A stretch of DNA of 64,000 bases from Sphaerodactylus townsendi (GCF_021028975.2 NC_059426.1:25296001-25360000); one strand, 5' to 3'; counted from the first letter of the stretch, positions 36,627 through 49,317 are shown. The notes: a model not told the origin generated them from the sequence alone. Translations and numbers: made by a program.

Positions 36627-38794
36627 GAGCCGTCCCCACATGGGCAGACTCTGCCGAAACAGTATATCCAGAGCATGTATATTCCTTTCTCCCGAATTTG
36701 CCACACCCTCTCTGTTCCCTCGTTGGCTAAGGGTACTTAGAGTCACAACTTTCCAGTCCATCTGTGCACATGTTCTTCCTTGATATGTGGCCCCCTCCCA
36801 TATTCTTCCTGTATGTCCATTATTATACAGTTTGTCATCAGAGCAGGAGGAGAAATTAGTATGTATTAGCGCATTCAATCTGGTACACGCCTTGTCCTTC
36901 AACCTAGTCATTCAGTGGACTTATCTTGTCCTGCCACAAGCATCCTCCCTTATGACTCATCTCCTCATTCCTAGTAGAAAAGTGTTTCTCGTTTATCACA
37001 AAGGTTCTCCAGATTAGAATCCACTTTCTCTTAACCATTTCACCTCAGCACGGTGTCATGCCTTAAATCTCACCTCCATTTTCTCCTGTGGAACTGGGCT
37101 CTATAGTTTGGAGACTGGTTTTAATTCCAAGAGCTGTCCGAGGCCCACCTGGAAATTGGCAACCCGGTGTCTTCTCCTTCTATCATAGCATATAGAGAGT
37201 TCTCACCAAGGTGATCTGATTTATAGTTCAGAGACATTCCTTTGTGTTGTACAGTTAAGGAATAAGTGGTTTGTAGGCCAGCCCTGAGATCCTGTGAGCT
37301 TTGTTCTAGAAGAGTTAGGGGCTTCTGTTTGAGATTGTTTGGGCTGCTCTTCATATTTGTCATTTTCAGCCTTCCCTCATTTTGGTAGTCTGTAGAGCCA
37401 GAAATATCACACTTGCCCTGTGCCCAAGCAAGATGCAGAATCTGTGAAGAGCCCCTTTACGTAGTTTGTATATGGACTGAAAACCAGAGAAAGGTTAAAA
37501 GAGAAAGGGTGGGAATTGGACTGGAAAATATGTGGACAGGTATATTAGACATAACTGTAAAAAGCTCTTGTTGTGTGTAAGTATACAGAGCTATCCTCAG
37601 GTGCAAAGGGTGACCTCTGAGGAGAGCCAGCAAGGTGTAGTGGATCTGGAGAGCTGGATCTGGAAGATCTGGAACCAGCTTCAGATCCTCACACTGCCAC
37701 AGAAGCTTGCTGAGCAACCTTGGGCCAGTAACATACTTAGCCTAACCTACCTCACAGGAATGTTGTGAGGATAAAATGGACAAGAGAATGATAAAATCTG
37801 CTTTGGGTCCCAATAATGATATTAAAAATAGATATTGGGCCTGTACCTCCCTCTGCTTGGTTTGCCCATTCTAAAGAATCGCTGGCTTATTTGGGTTTTG
37901 TTATTTTGGAGTGTGGCTTCCTAGGACAAGGTCTGGAACCCCAGAATTATCCCCACCTCCGTTCAAACATCCAGTGGGAGGTCTCCTGCCGGCAGCAAAT
38001 GTTACTCACCTCTGCTCCAAGTGGTACCAGGAGAAAAATTTAATAAGTTGGATGCATGTGTGCTTAAATGTTACTTATTGGGGAAACCTGGAAGTCATGT
38101 TAGGTAGTTCTAGGACTCTCTGGGAGCTCTGCGGTTTTCCAGCAAGCAAGGTTATGCCACCACACATACCACCACAAACCCTCACAGTCCTTCTGCTAAA
38201 ACTCCCACCAGTTGCCAGGGTGAACAGAAGTTCCCACTTCTGACTATGGCCCCTTCCGCACACGCAGAATAATGCATTTTCAAACCACTTTCACAACTGT
38301 TTGCAAGTGGATTTTGGTGTTCCGTACAGCTTCAAAGAGCATTGAAAGCTGTTTGAAAGTGCATTATTCTGCATGTGCGGAATGTGTGCCAGATATTGAT
38401 ATTGATCTTTGTCATGAGGTTACCTGCAGGAAAACCACAGAGTTCCCAGCTATTCCTAGAGCTACACTGTTCAAATAGCTAGATTGTGTGCATGTGCCAG
38501 TGTTGCTGTGAGAACTTCTCCATCAGAGCTGGTGCACTGGTAGATGTGCTGTGTCTCATGAAAGCACTCATGCTGTGTCCAAGCAAGAAGGAGAAATTCA
38601 TTTCTGTCAACCCCTTTATATAGTATCCTACTATTTAGAGAGGTTATCATGCATTAATGATTAGTATGGGATTGGTCATTAAAAAAACCCCTCATATACG
38701 TCCATTACAAATGATGGTGAGCTGATTGATTCAGTTGCTTTCTTAACATTTAACGAGGGTGCTTTAACATGTCTCTCTTGGTTTTCCTCTGTAG

Positions 38795-38946
38795 CCGAAC
38801 GCAAAATAAAGGCCACCCAAAATGGTTTGTTCTTGGAGTTGGACAAGTCATCAAAGGACTGGATATTGGCATGTTGAATATGTGTCCTGGGGAGAAACGC
38901 AGAGTAATCATTCCACCTTCGTTAGCATATGGGCTGCAAGGATATG
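38795..38946 (+). CDS. FKBP7: FKBP7 exon 2
   Basis: RTQNKGHPKWFVLGVGQVIKGLDIGMLNMCPGEKRRVIIPPSLAYGLQGY, FKBP signature; 152 nt. Confidence 0.97.
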
Positions 38947-41551
38947 GTAAAACAAAGATGTTTCTTTGGCTTTTCTGTATATATTCATATACCAGTAGTC
39001 CCCAACGTAATGCCCGTGGGCACCGTGGTTTTAATGGACACTTCTGGTTTTCAACAAGTGTTTTTAGGAAGTTGGTGGAACCAGGTGGGGGGTTTGCCAG
39101 GTAGGGCTTCTGATCTGGAGATTTAGAAATCTGGAGATTTTTAAAAAGTTATATCAGCAACATCTGCCACCACAGCCCAAGGATCCTCACGTTGTTACTG
39201 TAGGTAACATTTTAAAAGGTATCCATATTAAATAGAGATTCTGCCTGAAATATTGAAGAATTACTATTAGACTAAAGTCTGTGGGAACATGGCAATTTGA
39301 ACTAATTTGAGCTGGCAGATTAACAAAATCCATTCCAACATAGGCTTCTGTGAGTGAGAGCTCCCTTCATCAGGTGCATGGGAGTGCATATTTATTAGGC
39401 TAATGCTTTTATGTTCACAACAGAAGGGCAGATGAGTAGATGATACAAAGAGAGGCCAGTTTAAATCCAGAACTAATGAAAGAGAGTAATCAGTTTATTC
39501 AGAGACTACCCCCAACTATTATTTGGTAGGCAAAATAGAATTAAAATCTAGTGCAAGGTAAGCAGGTACAGTAGGAAGTTACAGAAAGCTATGCAAGATC
39601 TAGTGCAAGGTAAAGAATTTCAAGTCATAGACTCATTCATTGGGAAATCAGAGACAGGAAATGGAAATGGTTCCACTAGTATAATCTGAAGTCACATGAC
39701 CCACCAACCCTGCAAAAGCAGCCTGGATTTGGCCTGCAGTGTCTAGATGGGAGATCTCCTGGGAACTGTATGCATACTGTCATTAGGAGAGGAGATATAT
39801 ATATACATGTAATAGATAAGTAATATACAGATTCTTATCTTGCTGCATTCCATTGTTCAAAGTGTTTTTCTTCCAGCTCAGGGTGCTTTCAGAATTGAAT
39901 CTGCACTGGAAGAGAGATGTTTCACTATGATGTGCAGTATTGTGGCATGGTCTAGTTATCCTTGCCCAAGTTGTCCATTTTCTGTACAAAATAGATCCTT
40001 TACAGGTAGAAACATGAACAAATACATGTGTATTCTCCTCTCCCCTCAGGTAAAGGGTGGCCCTAAATTTGAACCAGTGATGCTAAAGGTGTACAGACGC
40101 TGCATCTTTTTTACTTCCATAGACTGAATTTGTTTGCCACTATTTCCCCAACCATATTTGACACATCCTACAGTGCAATCCTATGTGAAATTATGCCAGT
40201 CTAGAACCGTTGAAATCAGTGGCCATAAACTTATCACTATCAGTCGTACAACAGATATTCTTAAAGAGCAGCTGAGCATTGCATGGTTCCTGAATACTAA
40301 CTTGAGGCTGTTTGTTTTAGGTTGCAACTGAAGATGGTCTTTCCCCCCACCTACTGTATACTTAAGCCTGCATGCTGGGCAGGATGGTTCTAGTTTTTAG
40401 TGTCAAGAATGCATGTGGCTTTCTAAGGCCTTACGTGTGTTTTCCTGTGGTATGTATAATTCTCAAAACTGCACGTAGCTGAATCTTTTGTTCCTTTTGC
40501 TTACTACATCTTAAGAGCTTAGTGATAGCAAAGTTTGAGCTCCATAGAATTACCTAGCATGTTCTCAGGGGGTGGGGGGATTGTAATAAAAAAGTTTGAA
40601 GAAATAGTAATATCTTAGACCAGGCTTGCATGATTTGTAATATACCAGGCTAAGAATCCCACCAGATAATGTACAAGTGGTTTGCCAAGGGTTCAGTAAA
40701 TATGTTTTTTGGACTTCAAAAATTCATGTCTGTCAATCACTGATGGGCTGTTATTCATGACTGGGGATTATAGGTTGGGCAAGCGCAGATTATATGTAAA
40801 TGGCTATATTGTATTTTCTTTCACTCTGAACGCATCAAAATACGTAAGCATTCATATCCCCTGTGTTAATGAAAAAGGCTGTTCCAATTTTTAGTTTTCA
40901 GGGCAGTGTATGGAAGGTCAGGAAAGAAGAAAATGCTAGATTTTATACTATTCTGTTAATGACAGACTAAATTATTCTGTATTAATGGCATGTTGCATGT
41001 CTTGTCAAGAACTCTTTTGGGACTAACTTTGGGAAGCTTTGCGAGTTCATTATTGGTTCCTAACTGCTACTTTGTTTCTGACCCAAAGCCAAGTTTTTGG
41101 GCATAGGTTTGATATTGTAGTCTACTAAACATCAAGTCTTTCTGGAAGTCCAATTTCTTCCTTGAAACTAAGAATTTTCCCCTCTCAACATTCTGAATCT
41201 GCCCCCTACGCCAAAAGCCAAATTTCATATTATGCTTTCTCTCTTTTATGCAATGGGTGTTTGGCTAACCATTCTATGTTTAAGGAACAGTGACTGCATG
41301 ACATTATGGAACAAACTTAGAGCTATTTACTGTTTTTCCTTTTTCTTCAAGAGCAGTTAAACCTGGCTACCAATATACTTAGGGTACAGTCCATTTGGAA
41401 ATACCCGCTACGGTATTTAAAAATCGAACCTATCTAACCTAGGAATTAAAAGTAATATTTTTCCAAATAACAATGGAAACATCACCATCTGTGTTTAAGG
41501 TTATCTGTGACCAATGTAAAAGTCCCTGTAATGGTCTTGTTACATTCTTAG

Positions 41552-41685
41552 AACCAGCAAAAATTCCACCAAATGCAACACTGATCTTCGAGATTGAATT
41601 GTATGCGATAACTAAAGGACCACGCAGTGCCGAGGCTTTTACCCAAATAGACTTGGACAGTGACAAAAAACTCTCAAGAGATGAG
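41552..41685 (+). CDS. FKBP7: FKBP7 exon 3 (end of FKBP domain, EF-hand 1)
   Basis: EPAKIPPNATLIFEIELYAITKGPRSAEAFTQIDLDSDKKLSRDE; 134 nt; GTAATG donor. Confidence 0.95.
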
Positions 41686-42470
41686 GTAATGAGTTTTGTT
41701 GCCAACTGCCTCAGGAAAATACCCTCTCATTCTACTCACCTTTGGTCTCTAATCTTTTCTTCCTATCGTACCCTAGCAAGCGTAAATGAAAAGTTAAGTT
41801 TAAAAATTGGCAGATCTTATTTTCATTTCCTCCCACTCTTCTAGAAAAAAATAGCACAGTTGTCTTCCGCATGTGTACATTTGTCATGATGGGGCCGTTG
41901 GGGGGAAATTTACTTTTGCTTCTTGCAGGTACAGTGTTATCACTTCTGACGGTGGCCTTGGTGTTCCGTGGCTGGGAAGAGACTCCAGGCCGGACAATGT
42001 GAACTGTTTGCTTCTCATGTGGGGGTGGGGATCTTACACTCATATTATCAAGAGTCTGGCGTGTTTTTCGCCAGAACTCTCTATATGTCCCTGACATGTC
42101 TTCAATAAAAGCCTTGAACCAAACAAGTGAATTATTGTCTGAATGGGGAATCTGACAACATACACCCTCAAATTAATTTCTCTGGAGAACAAGTGACCTT
42201 CCCCAATACCCATATTCTTCCTAGACTAATTTCATGAGCAGCATAAGATTTGTTTTCATTGTCTCACCCATAAGGAACGCTCTTATTTTAAGATTTTCAG
42301 TCAATTTTTTAAAGCCATGGTTGCCGACTTCTGTTTAAATATAATTTATAAGAACCGTAACCTTTTAAAATAGCGTTAAATATTTTATTGTTTCAGCTGT
42401 AGTCATTTTACTGTACTACTATAATAACCAACTTTATGATAATCCTCTATTTCCCATTTGATTCTTTCAG

Positions 42471-42632
42471 ATAAGTGATTATTTGAAGAAAGAATTTGAA
42501 AAAGATGGAAAGAAACGTGACCCGTCGGTTCATGGTACAGTTTTGGTTGATATATTTAAAAGAAATGACCATGACGGAGATGGGTTCATATCTGCAAAAG
42601 AATACAATGTCTACCAACACGATGAACTATAA
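42471..42632 (+). CDS. FKBP7: FKBP7 exon 4 (EF-hand 2, HDEL ER-retention signal)
   Basis: ISDYLKKEFEKDGKKRDPSVHGTVLVDIFKRNDHDGDGFISAKEYNVYQHDEL*; total CDS 666 nt = 221 aa. Confidence 0.96.
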   Translation: MSDYLKKEFEKDGKKRDPSVHGTVLVDIFKRNDHDGDGFISAKEYNVYQHDEL

Positions 42633-42917
42633 CTAATCAGTACCAGGAGATCTTTCATTGCCTTATGGACTGTATGGGCCCCAATCTAGCAATTCTTCTT
42701 GCATGGACTTTCAATGGAATGGACACTTCAATGGAATGGACAGGGCTGCATTTATAGCACTGTCCCTTCCATTTAAATCAGTATGAAAGTTAGTTTGCCC
42801 TTCATGCACACCAGAGTGAAGGTGGAGTTGTGGGTTATAGGTGTAAGAGTTGCAGTCCATTGAAAAGCCATGCTCTGTTCTGTCCCCTTAATGTCTCTGG
42901 GACTTGTGCATGAAACT

Positions 42918-44794
42918 TAGAATCATAGAGATGGAAGAGACCACAAGGGCCATCGAGTCCAATTCCCTGGCATGCAGGGTTACACAATCAACGAGTACTC
43001 CTGACAGATGGCTATCCAGCCTCTCTTTAAAAGTCTCCAAATAAGGAGACTCTGCCACTCTCTGAGGTAGCTTATGCCACTGTCAAACAGTCCTTACCAT
43101 CAGGATGTTCTTCCTAATGTTTAGGTGAAAATTCTTTTTCTGTACCTTATTTCTTGTCCTAGTCTCTGAAGCCGCAGAAATCAAGTTTGTTCCATATTTA
43201 AACACGGCTATCATGTCACACCTTAACCTTCTCCAGACTTAACATACCTGGCTCCTTAAACCACTCCTCACAGGACATGGAATCCAGACCTTTAACCATT
43301 TTGGTTGCCCTCCTCTGGACTTGTTCCAGCTTGTCAGCATCCTTCTTGGTGCTCAGAACTGGACACAGTATTCCAGGTGAGTCTGACCAATGTAGAATAG
43401 AGCGGTATTATTACATCCTTCTATCTAGACACTATATTCCTATTGATGCAGCCAAGAATTGCATTGGCTTCCTTGGCTGTCACATCATGCTGCTGACTCA
43501 TGTTCAGTTTGTGGTCTGCTAAGACTCCCAGATCCCTTTCACGTGTACTGTTATCAAGCTGGGTGTCACCCATCTCATATCTGTGCATTTCATTTTTTTC
43601 TGTTTAAGTGTTGGTATCATACCTTTTGGTTTGGTCTGTCAACCAATTACAAATCTAACAGTTGCATTGTCTAGCCGACATTTTACTAGCTTGCTTGAAA
43701 TAATGTCATGGGGGACCTTGTCAGAGACCTTAAAGAAATAAAGGCATGCTACATCCACAGCATTCCCTTCATTTACCAAACTTGTCATTATATATTAAAA
43801 AAGAGATTAGTCTGGCCTGACTTGTTTTTGAGAAACCCATGTTGACTTTTAGTGATCACAACATTCCCTACTGAGTGTTTACAGATTGTCTGTTTAATGA
43901 TCTGCTCCAGAATCTTTCCTAGTTCTGATGTCAGGCTGACTGGGTGGTAATTGTTTGGGTCCTCTTTTTTCCCCTTTTTGAAGATGGGGGACTATTAGCC
44001 CTCCTCCAGTCTGCTAGGATGTCTGTCTTCCAAGAATTCTCAAAGATTGGTTCTGAGATTACTTCTGCCAGTTCTTTTAGTACCCTGGGATGTAGCTCCT
44101 CTGACCCTGGATAATTGAATTCATTTAAAGAAGCCACATATTCCTGTACTACTTTTTTGTTCCGTGCTGAATTTCTCCTACTGCATCTTCTGTTCCATTT
44201 CCTCTGGTTGAGTACTGTTTTCCCTTTGGGAGAAGGCCGAGGCAAAGAAGGTGTTGAGTAGTTCTGCCTTATCTCCACGCAGTGACCCTATCATATTGTT
44301 TTTCTTCCTTTTGCTATGGACATAACAAAAAAGTCTTTTTTACTTGCTTTTAACCTCTCTAGCAAGCCTGAGCTCATTCTGTGCTTTAGTTTTTCTGACT
44401 TTCTCCCTAGACATCCTGGCTATTCATTTTAATTCCACTTTGGTGATTTCCCCATTTCCATTTCTTGTATGTGTCCCTTTTAAATCTTAGTTCAGTTGAA
44501 AGTTCTGTAGACACCCATTCTGGTTTCCTTAGACACCTCCTATTTTTTTCCTCATTGGAACTGTTTGAAATTGTGCCTTCGAGATCTTGCTTTTAAGAAA
44601 CTCCCATCCATCATGCACTCCCATCTCTTTTAATATACTTAACCACAGGATCACACCTAGTAGTTTCCAAAGTTTACTGAAATCAGCTTTCTTAAAAGTC
44701 TAGATTGTGTGTCTGACTACGCTTGGCATCCTGTTTCCACTGTACAGCAAATTCCAGGAGAACAGGTGATCCCCACCTAAGGATCCTACCACTT
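42918..44794 (-). mobile_element. Decayed, internally deleted CR1 LINE
   Basis: CR1 3' tail at 42918; ORF2 remnants such as PGSEELHPRVLKELAEVISEP...WRRAN. Confidence 0.9.
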
Positions 44795-45361
44795 AACTTG
44801 TGATTTGGATTTATAGCTGAAACATTCCAAAATGTGTGTGTTATTTTCTGTACTTTGTATTGCGATTTTTATGCCTTCTCAAGAATAAAAGTAGTTACAT
44901 TTCAGTAACAGAGTTTGATAAACTGTGAAAAACAGGAGTCGTCTGTATTCTTTGTGATTATTCTGCTGTAAGTGGAACATGTAGAACATGGGGGGGAAGT
45001 TTGCTACCACAGTATACCCATATGAGGATACAGAGGTGGATTCCTGCTGTGCCAAATGCTGCATCTGAATCCTCAGCCACTTCCCTAAGGTGATATGAAA
45101 GGCAACTTTAGGAATAAATGTTGAGCTGAAAATCAGCAGAATCTTTTGCTTCTTTTTCTTTGCTCCAAGTGTTTCCTCAGGCTCCCTCCCACCTGACCGC
45201 CCTTCCAGTTGAAAAGACCTCTCTGTAGTGTTCTGAGGTGATGTTTATTCTGCTTTCTTGCCTGCCTTAGCTTTTCCTACTTATTTTCACTCCACCAAAG
45301 GCTCTCGTCTTAGAATTCTTAGTTGGACCCAAGAATAGGATAGCTTAGTTGTATCTGGTAG

Positions 45362-45765
45362 CAGTCATGGAGCTACAAGGGGGGGTGCGCCGTGCACCGG
45401 GCTCACGCCTGGGGGCGCAAAAAAAATCGCCCCAGGCCCCTCTCCCCACGGCGCCCCCCACCCCCCTTCCCACACTTACCTTAGTTCCTTTCCTTTTTCA
45501 AAACTTTTTCAGGGTGCAAAAAGCCTGTTCTCAGTAAAAACTGCCTGAGGAACTACAGTTCCCAGGAGACCTTGGAGCTCACAAGGTCTCCTGGGAAGTA
45601 TAGTCCCTCAGACATTTTTACTGAGAACAGGCCTTTTGCAGCCTGAAAAAGTTTTGAAAAAGGAAAGGAACTAAGGTAAGTAGGGGAAGGGGGGCGCCGC
45701 GGGGATGGGCGGGGGGGGGGATATGTAGCATGCACACCGGGCGCAGTTTGGCCCAGCTACGCCTG
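45362..45765. mobile_element. Foldback hAT-type element
   Basis: Perfect TSD TCTGGTAG; long internal inverted repeat at about 45450-45700. Confidence 0.8.
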
Positions 45766-46514
45766 TCTGGTAGAATGATAGAACAGTCAGTGCATGGTGG
45801 GAAAGAGGTGACTCTGAGGTAAAAGGGAGATCCTTTGCTTTAAGCAAAACAGTTGTTTCCTCTTAAACATAAGTACTTTATTGAGAAGTATGACAATGTA
45901 ACAGTTTCAGTAAAAGTCATAGTGTAATGGCTTCAGATGGACACAGTTCTTCTTTCTCTAAAGTTCCATAAACAGAACTAGCCTCAAAGGCTTATTTTCT
46001 CACTTGCCACATAGATTAATAATATCCACAAAGCTTAATTTCTTAACTTGCCACTTAGGATAATAACTTCAACAAAGAGCGCAGCACCTCATTCAACTCT
46101 TCCCACACACACACTGAACACAACTCTCCATCCAAAAACAAGTCACTTTTGTCCCTTGGGTACAGCTACCATCCAATCATAACACACTTCAATCACCCAT
46201 CCAGGCCCCTCTTTCATACATCAGAGGCCTGCCATTTTAGGATAAGTCACTGCTGGCTTTGCACTTGGCATGAATCTGGCATAACTGATGGGAGCATCTG
46301 TGATCTATTTTAACAAAATCCTTCAGGGAAGACATGCTTTAGTTCACAGAGTTACAGAAGCACAGTGAAAGCACTAAGGATACTGATACAAATGTGCAAA
46401 CAGCAAGACGTTAATCCTGACAACACAAAACAAAATCCCAATGTATACTTTCAGCCACAGAGTAAATTTCACTTTGCAGATTTAGACCTTTTTTTAAACA
46501 AAACAAAAAATAGT

Positions 46515-46705
46515 CTGGTTGTGGTGGGTTTTCTGGGCTGTGTGGCTGTGGTCCAGTGGATCTTGTTCTTAATGTTTCGCCTGCATCTGTGGCTGGCATC
46601 TTCAGAGGTGTATCACAGGGAAGTCAACTTCCACAGGACCACAGCCACACAGCCTGGAAAACCCACCACAACCTGTTGAATCCAGCCATGAAAGCCTTCG
46701 ACAAT
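46515..46705. mobile_element. Penelope-like-element terminal remnant in inverted arrangement
   Basis: Inverted arms 46517-46553 and 46636-46673; GAAAGCCTTCGACAAT end; hammerhead-like core on the - strand; AAAAATAG on both flanks. Confidence 0.7.
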
Positions 46706-48656
46706 TAAAAAAAATAGAGCTTTCAGCTCCCACAGGATGTTTACTTCTATTCCCTATCAGTGTAATATATCTAAAAACTGAATGTGCACCGAAAAGTCAA
46801 AACATTGGCAGGGATTACTTTGAACATTCTGGTTCTTTTATCAGGTATCAGTAGGACCCTTTTCTGCAATAATGCACTGTCCTCTACAGCTATTTGTTAC
46901 TATTTTTGGCTTTTTTAGCAGAGATCCTATTGGAGAGTTGGAGGAAGGAACAGCCTGGAATCAGTGGATTCAGATCTAGCAATCTGTAGGTACAAGGACT
47001 GCAGATCTCTCTTCCCACAGCAGTGCTTTCTGACTCTAGGAAAGTTGATTCCTCAGATCTTTTGGGATCTGTGTGCTCCCATGTGGGGATTAGGCCAAAT
47101 AGCTCCTGTGGCCATGGAAATCAATTTTCCTGGAGTCTGAAAGAATTGCTGGGAGGAAGAGATTCACATCTGCCAGTGCCTTTTGCTGGCAGATCACTGG
47201 GTCCAGAGCAATGTCCTGATGACTGATGTTGTCAAATGATAGGGCTGATCCTTTCTTCAATGTTGCTAATCCAACAATAAGAATTGCAGCTCAGGGTATT
47301 GACAAGGATTTTGCAGCAAGAGTTGCACATAAGCATCCTTTCACATATATTGCCAATGGTGGATCATTGCAATTGATACCTCTAGTATTACTGCTCAGTC
47401 CCAATGCTGTTAAGATTCACGTTTCAGCAGTTTAATTACTGCTGAAAACCAGCTGTTTCTCCCGGGTTACATGAAAGAGATTGTGAGGATGGTTCTGGAG
47501 CAGAGTATAGCTGCTTTGTTCTCAGGCAGAAACAGATGAGTGTACTGGGTATAATGTCCCTTAATTAAATGTATGGGCATGTAGGAAGTTTCTTTTCAGC
47601 CTATCTGCTACGAGAAGCAGCAGGCCTATTATCTTTCCTGGAAAATCAATGCAAAGAGTGATGAAGTTTTATTTTGTGTACATTTTGTCTACATTTATTT
47701 TGTGTACATTTTTAAAAGAAGCACAAGTTTAGACTTGTGCTGTCATTTGCAAATTAGAACTAGTGACATCGGAATAAAGAATCCAAGGCATGTGGCTCAT
47801 ACCCAAGAGGTTTAGATATTTAATCCCCTCTACTTTTAGAATGGCTCCAGCAGAGAAATACTCAGCAGCAACTCTAGAAGGCTCCAACAGCACCAATTTT
47901 AACCATGAAATCTTGAATGCAGTTGTGGACAGCGCCATCTACCTCCCAGGAGGTGATAATGGTTGACACTGTGAAGACTATGGCAGAGACACAGCTGGAT
48001 AAATGGAGTGTTGTCTGATTCAAAATGGTACATTTTTATTACAAAAATGAGATTCTTTTGAAATCAAAAGGCATTACGAATAGCAAGTACAACAGTTAAA
48101 AACAAGTTCAGTTCAAATTATGTTAACAGTAAATATGGAGTAAAGAGGACAGCAATGTAAGAGGGAGAAGAAATTGGCAATCCAAACATTTGCGCAGTGC
48201 TAGCTTATAGCTTTTCTTTCCCTGTTTAAATTAAATGTATCTTTAAATGAAGCAAATACAAACATGCTATTAATCGGATACTTCAATTAAATATTTATAG
48301 CATCAATAAATAATTAATTTGCTTTGTTGCCACCTTACACTGGTGTATTTAAGGGAAATCACATGATTTTCTTTAGGCAAAGAACCAATGTTTCCAAGTT
48401 ACTCTGAAAAATATACAAATTACTAGTATGCGTCATTTTAAATTTAAGAAGCTCCTGTTTTGAAATTCTAACCAAAAGGGCAAATGCTAGCTATTTATTC
48501 GGTTTGAAAGAATTACCCCAGTACAGAACACACTTGGAAAAATGGTTCTGAATTAGTGATTCTCTTACTGAAGAAAGGCATTGCTCTAAAACCCCCACAG
48601 GAGATAAAATAATTTGTTGCTCCATGTTTTTATACTGTTGCAATTAAAACTCACTA

Positions 48657-48959
48657 AGAAGAAGAAGAAGAGTTTTGATTTATATCCCCCCTCTCTCTCC
48701 TGTAAGGAGACTCAAAGGGGCTTACAGTCTCCTTTCCCTTCCCACCCACAACAAACACCCTGTGAGGTGGGTGGGGCTGAAAGAGATTTGAAGAACTGTG
48801 ACTAGCCCAAGGTCACCCAGCTGGCATGTGTTGGAGTGCACAAGCTAATCTGGTTTACCAGATAAGCCTCCACAGCTCAAGAGGCAGAGCAGGGAATCAA
48901 ACCCGGTTCTCCAGATTTGAGTGCTCCTGCTCTTAACCACTACATCACGCTGGCTCTCC
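48657..48959 (-). mobile_element. tRNA-derived SINE just downstream of the PJVK stop
   Basis: Full-length copy; AAGAAGAAG on both sides (possible TSD). Confidence 0.85.
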
Positions 48960-49015
48960 CAAAAGAAGAAGTCGTCTGTGGCACAGTCACCTCTAAGGCA
49001 TTTATTTAAAAAGTC

Positions 49016-49317
49016 TTACTTCATTCTCTTGTGCCATAGGTCAAAACAAGGCACAGCATGCAGTCGTACAAACTTTTGTCCATTAGAAGCACATTCGAGG
49101 CAGCCATAGACTGTTTCCCTTTTAGAACGCCCCATGCCACACAAGGAACACGGACCTTTGGGGATGTTGCTATTGAGTAAATTAACTCGTACATGAGCCC
49201 CTTCTCTGAGATAGTTCATGGAGATGTCAGTCATGCTTGCCGCTTTTTCATAGTAGTCTGCAAAAAGGTCGTCTAAGTAATTATCCGAGTGAGCGATGAT
49301 ATCCATTACCTGTTTAT
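49016..49317 (-). CDS. PJVK: PJVK last exon (Cys/His-rich C-terminus)
   Basis: NKQVMDII...PKGPCSLCGMGRSKRETVYGCLECASNGQKFVRLHAVPCFDLWHKRMK*; total CDS 1062 nt = 353 aa. Confidence 0.96.
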
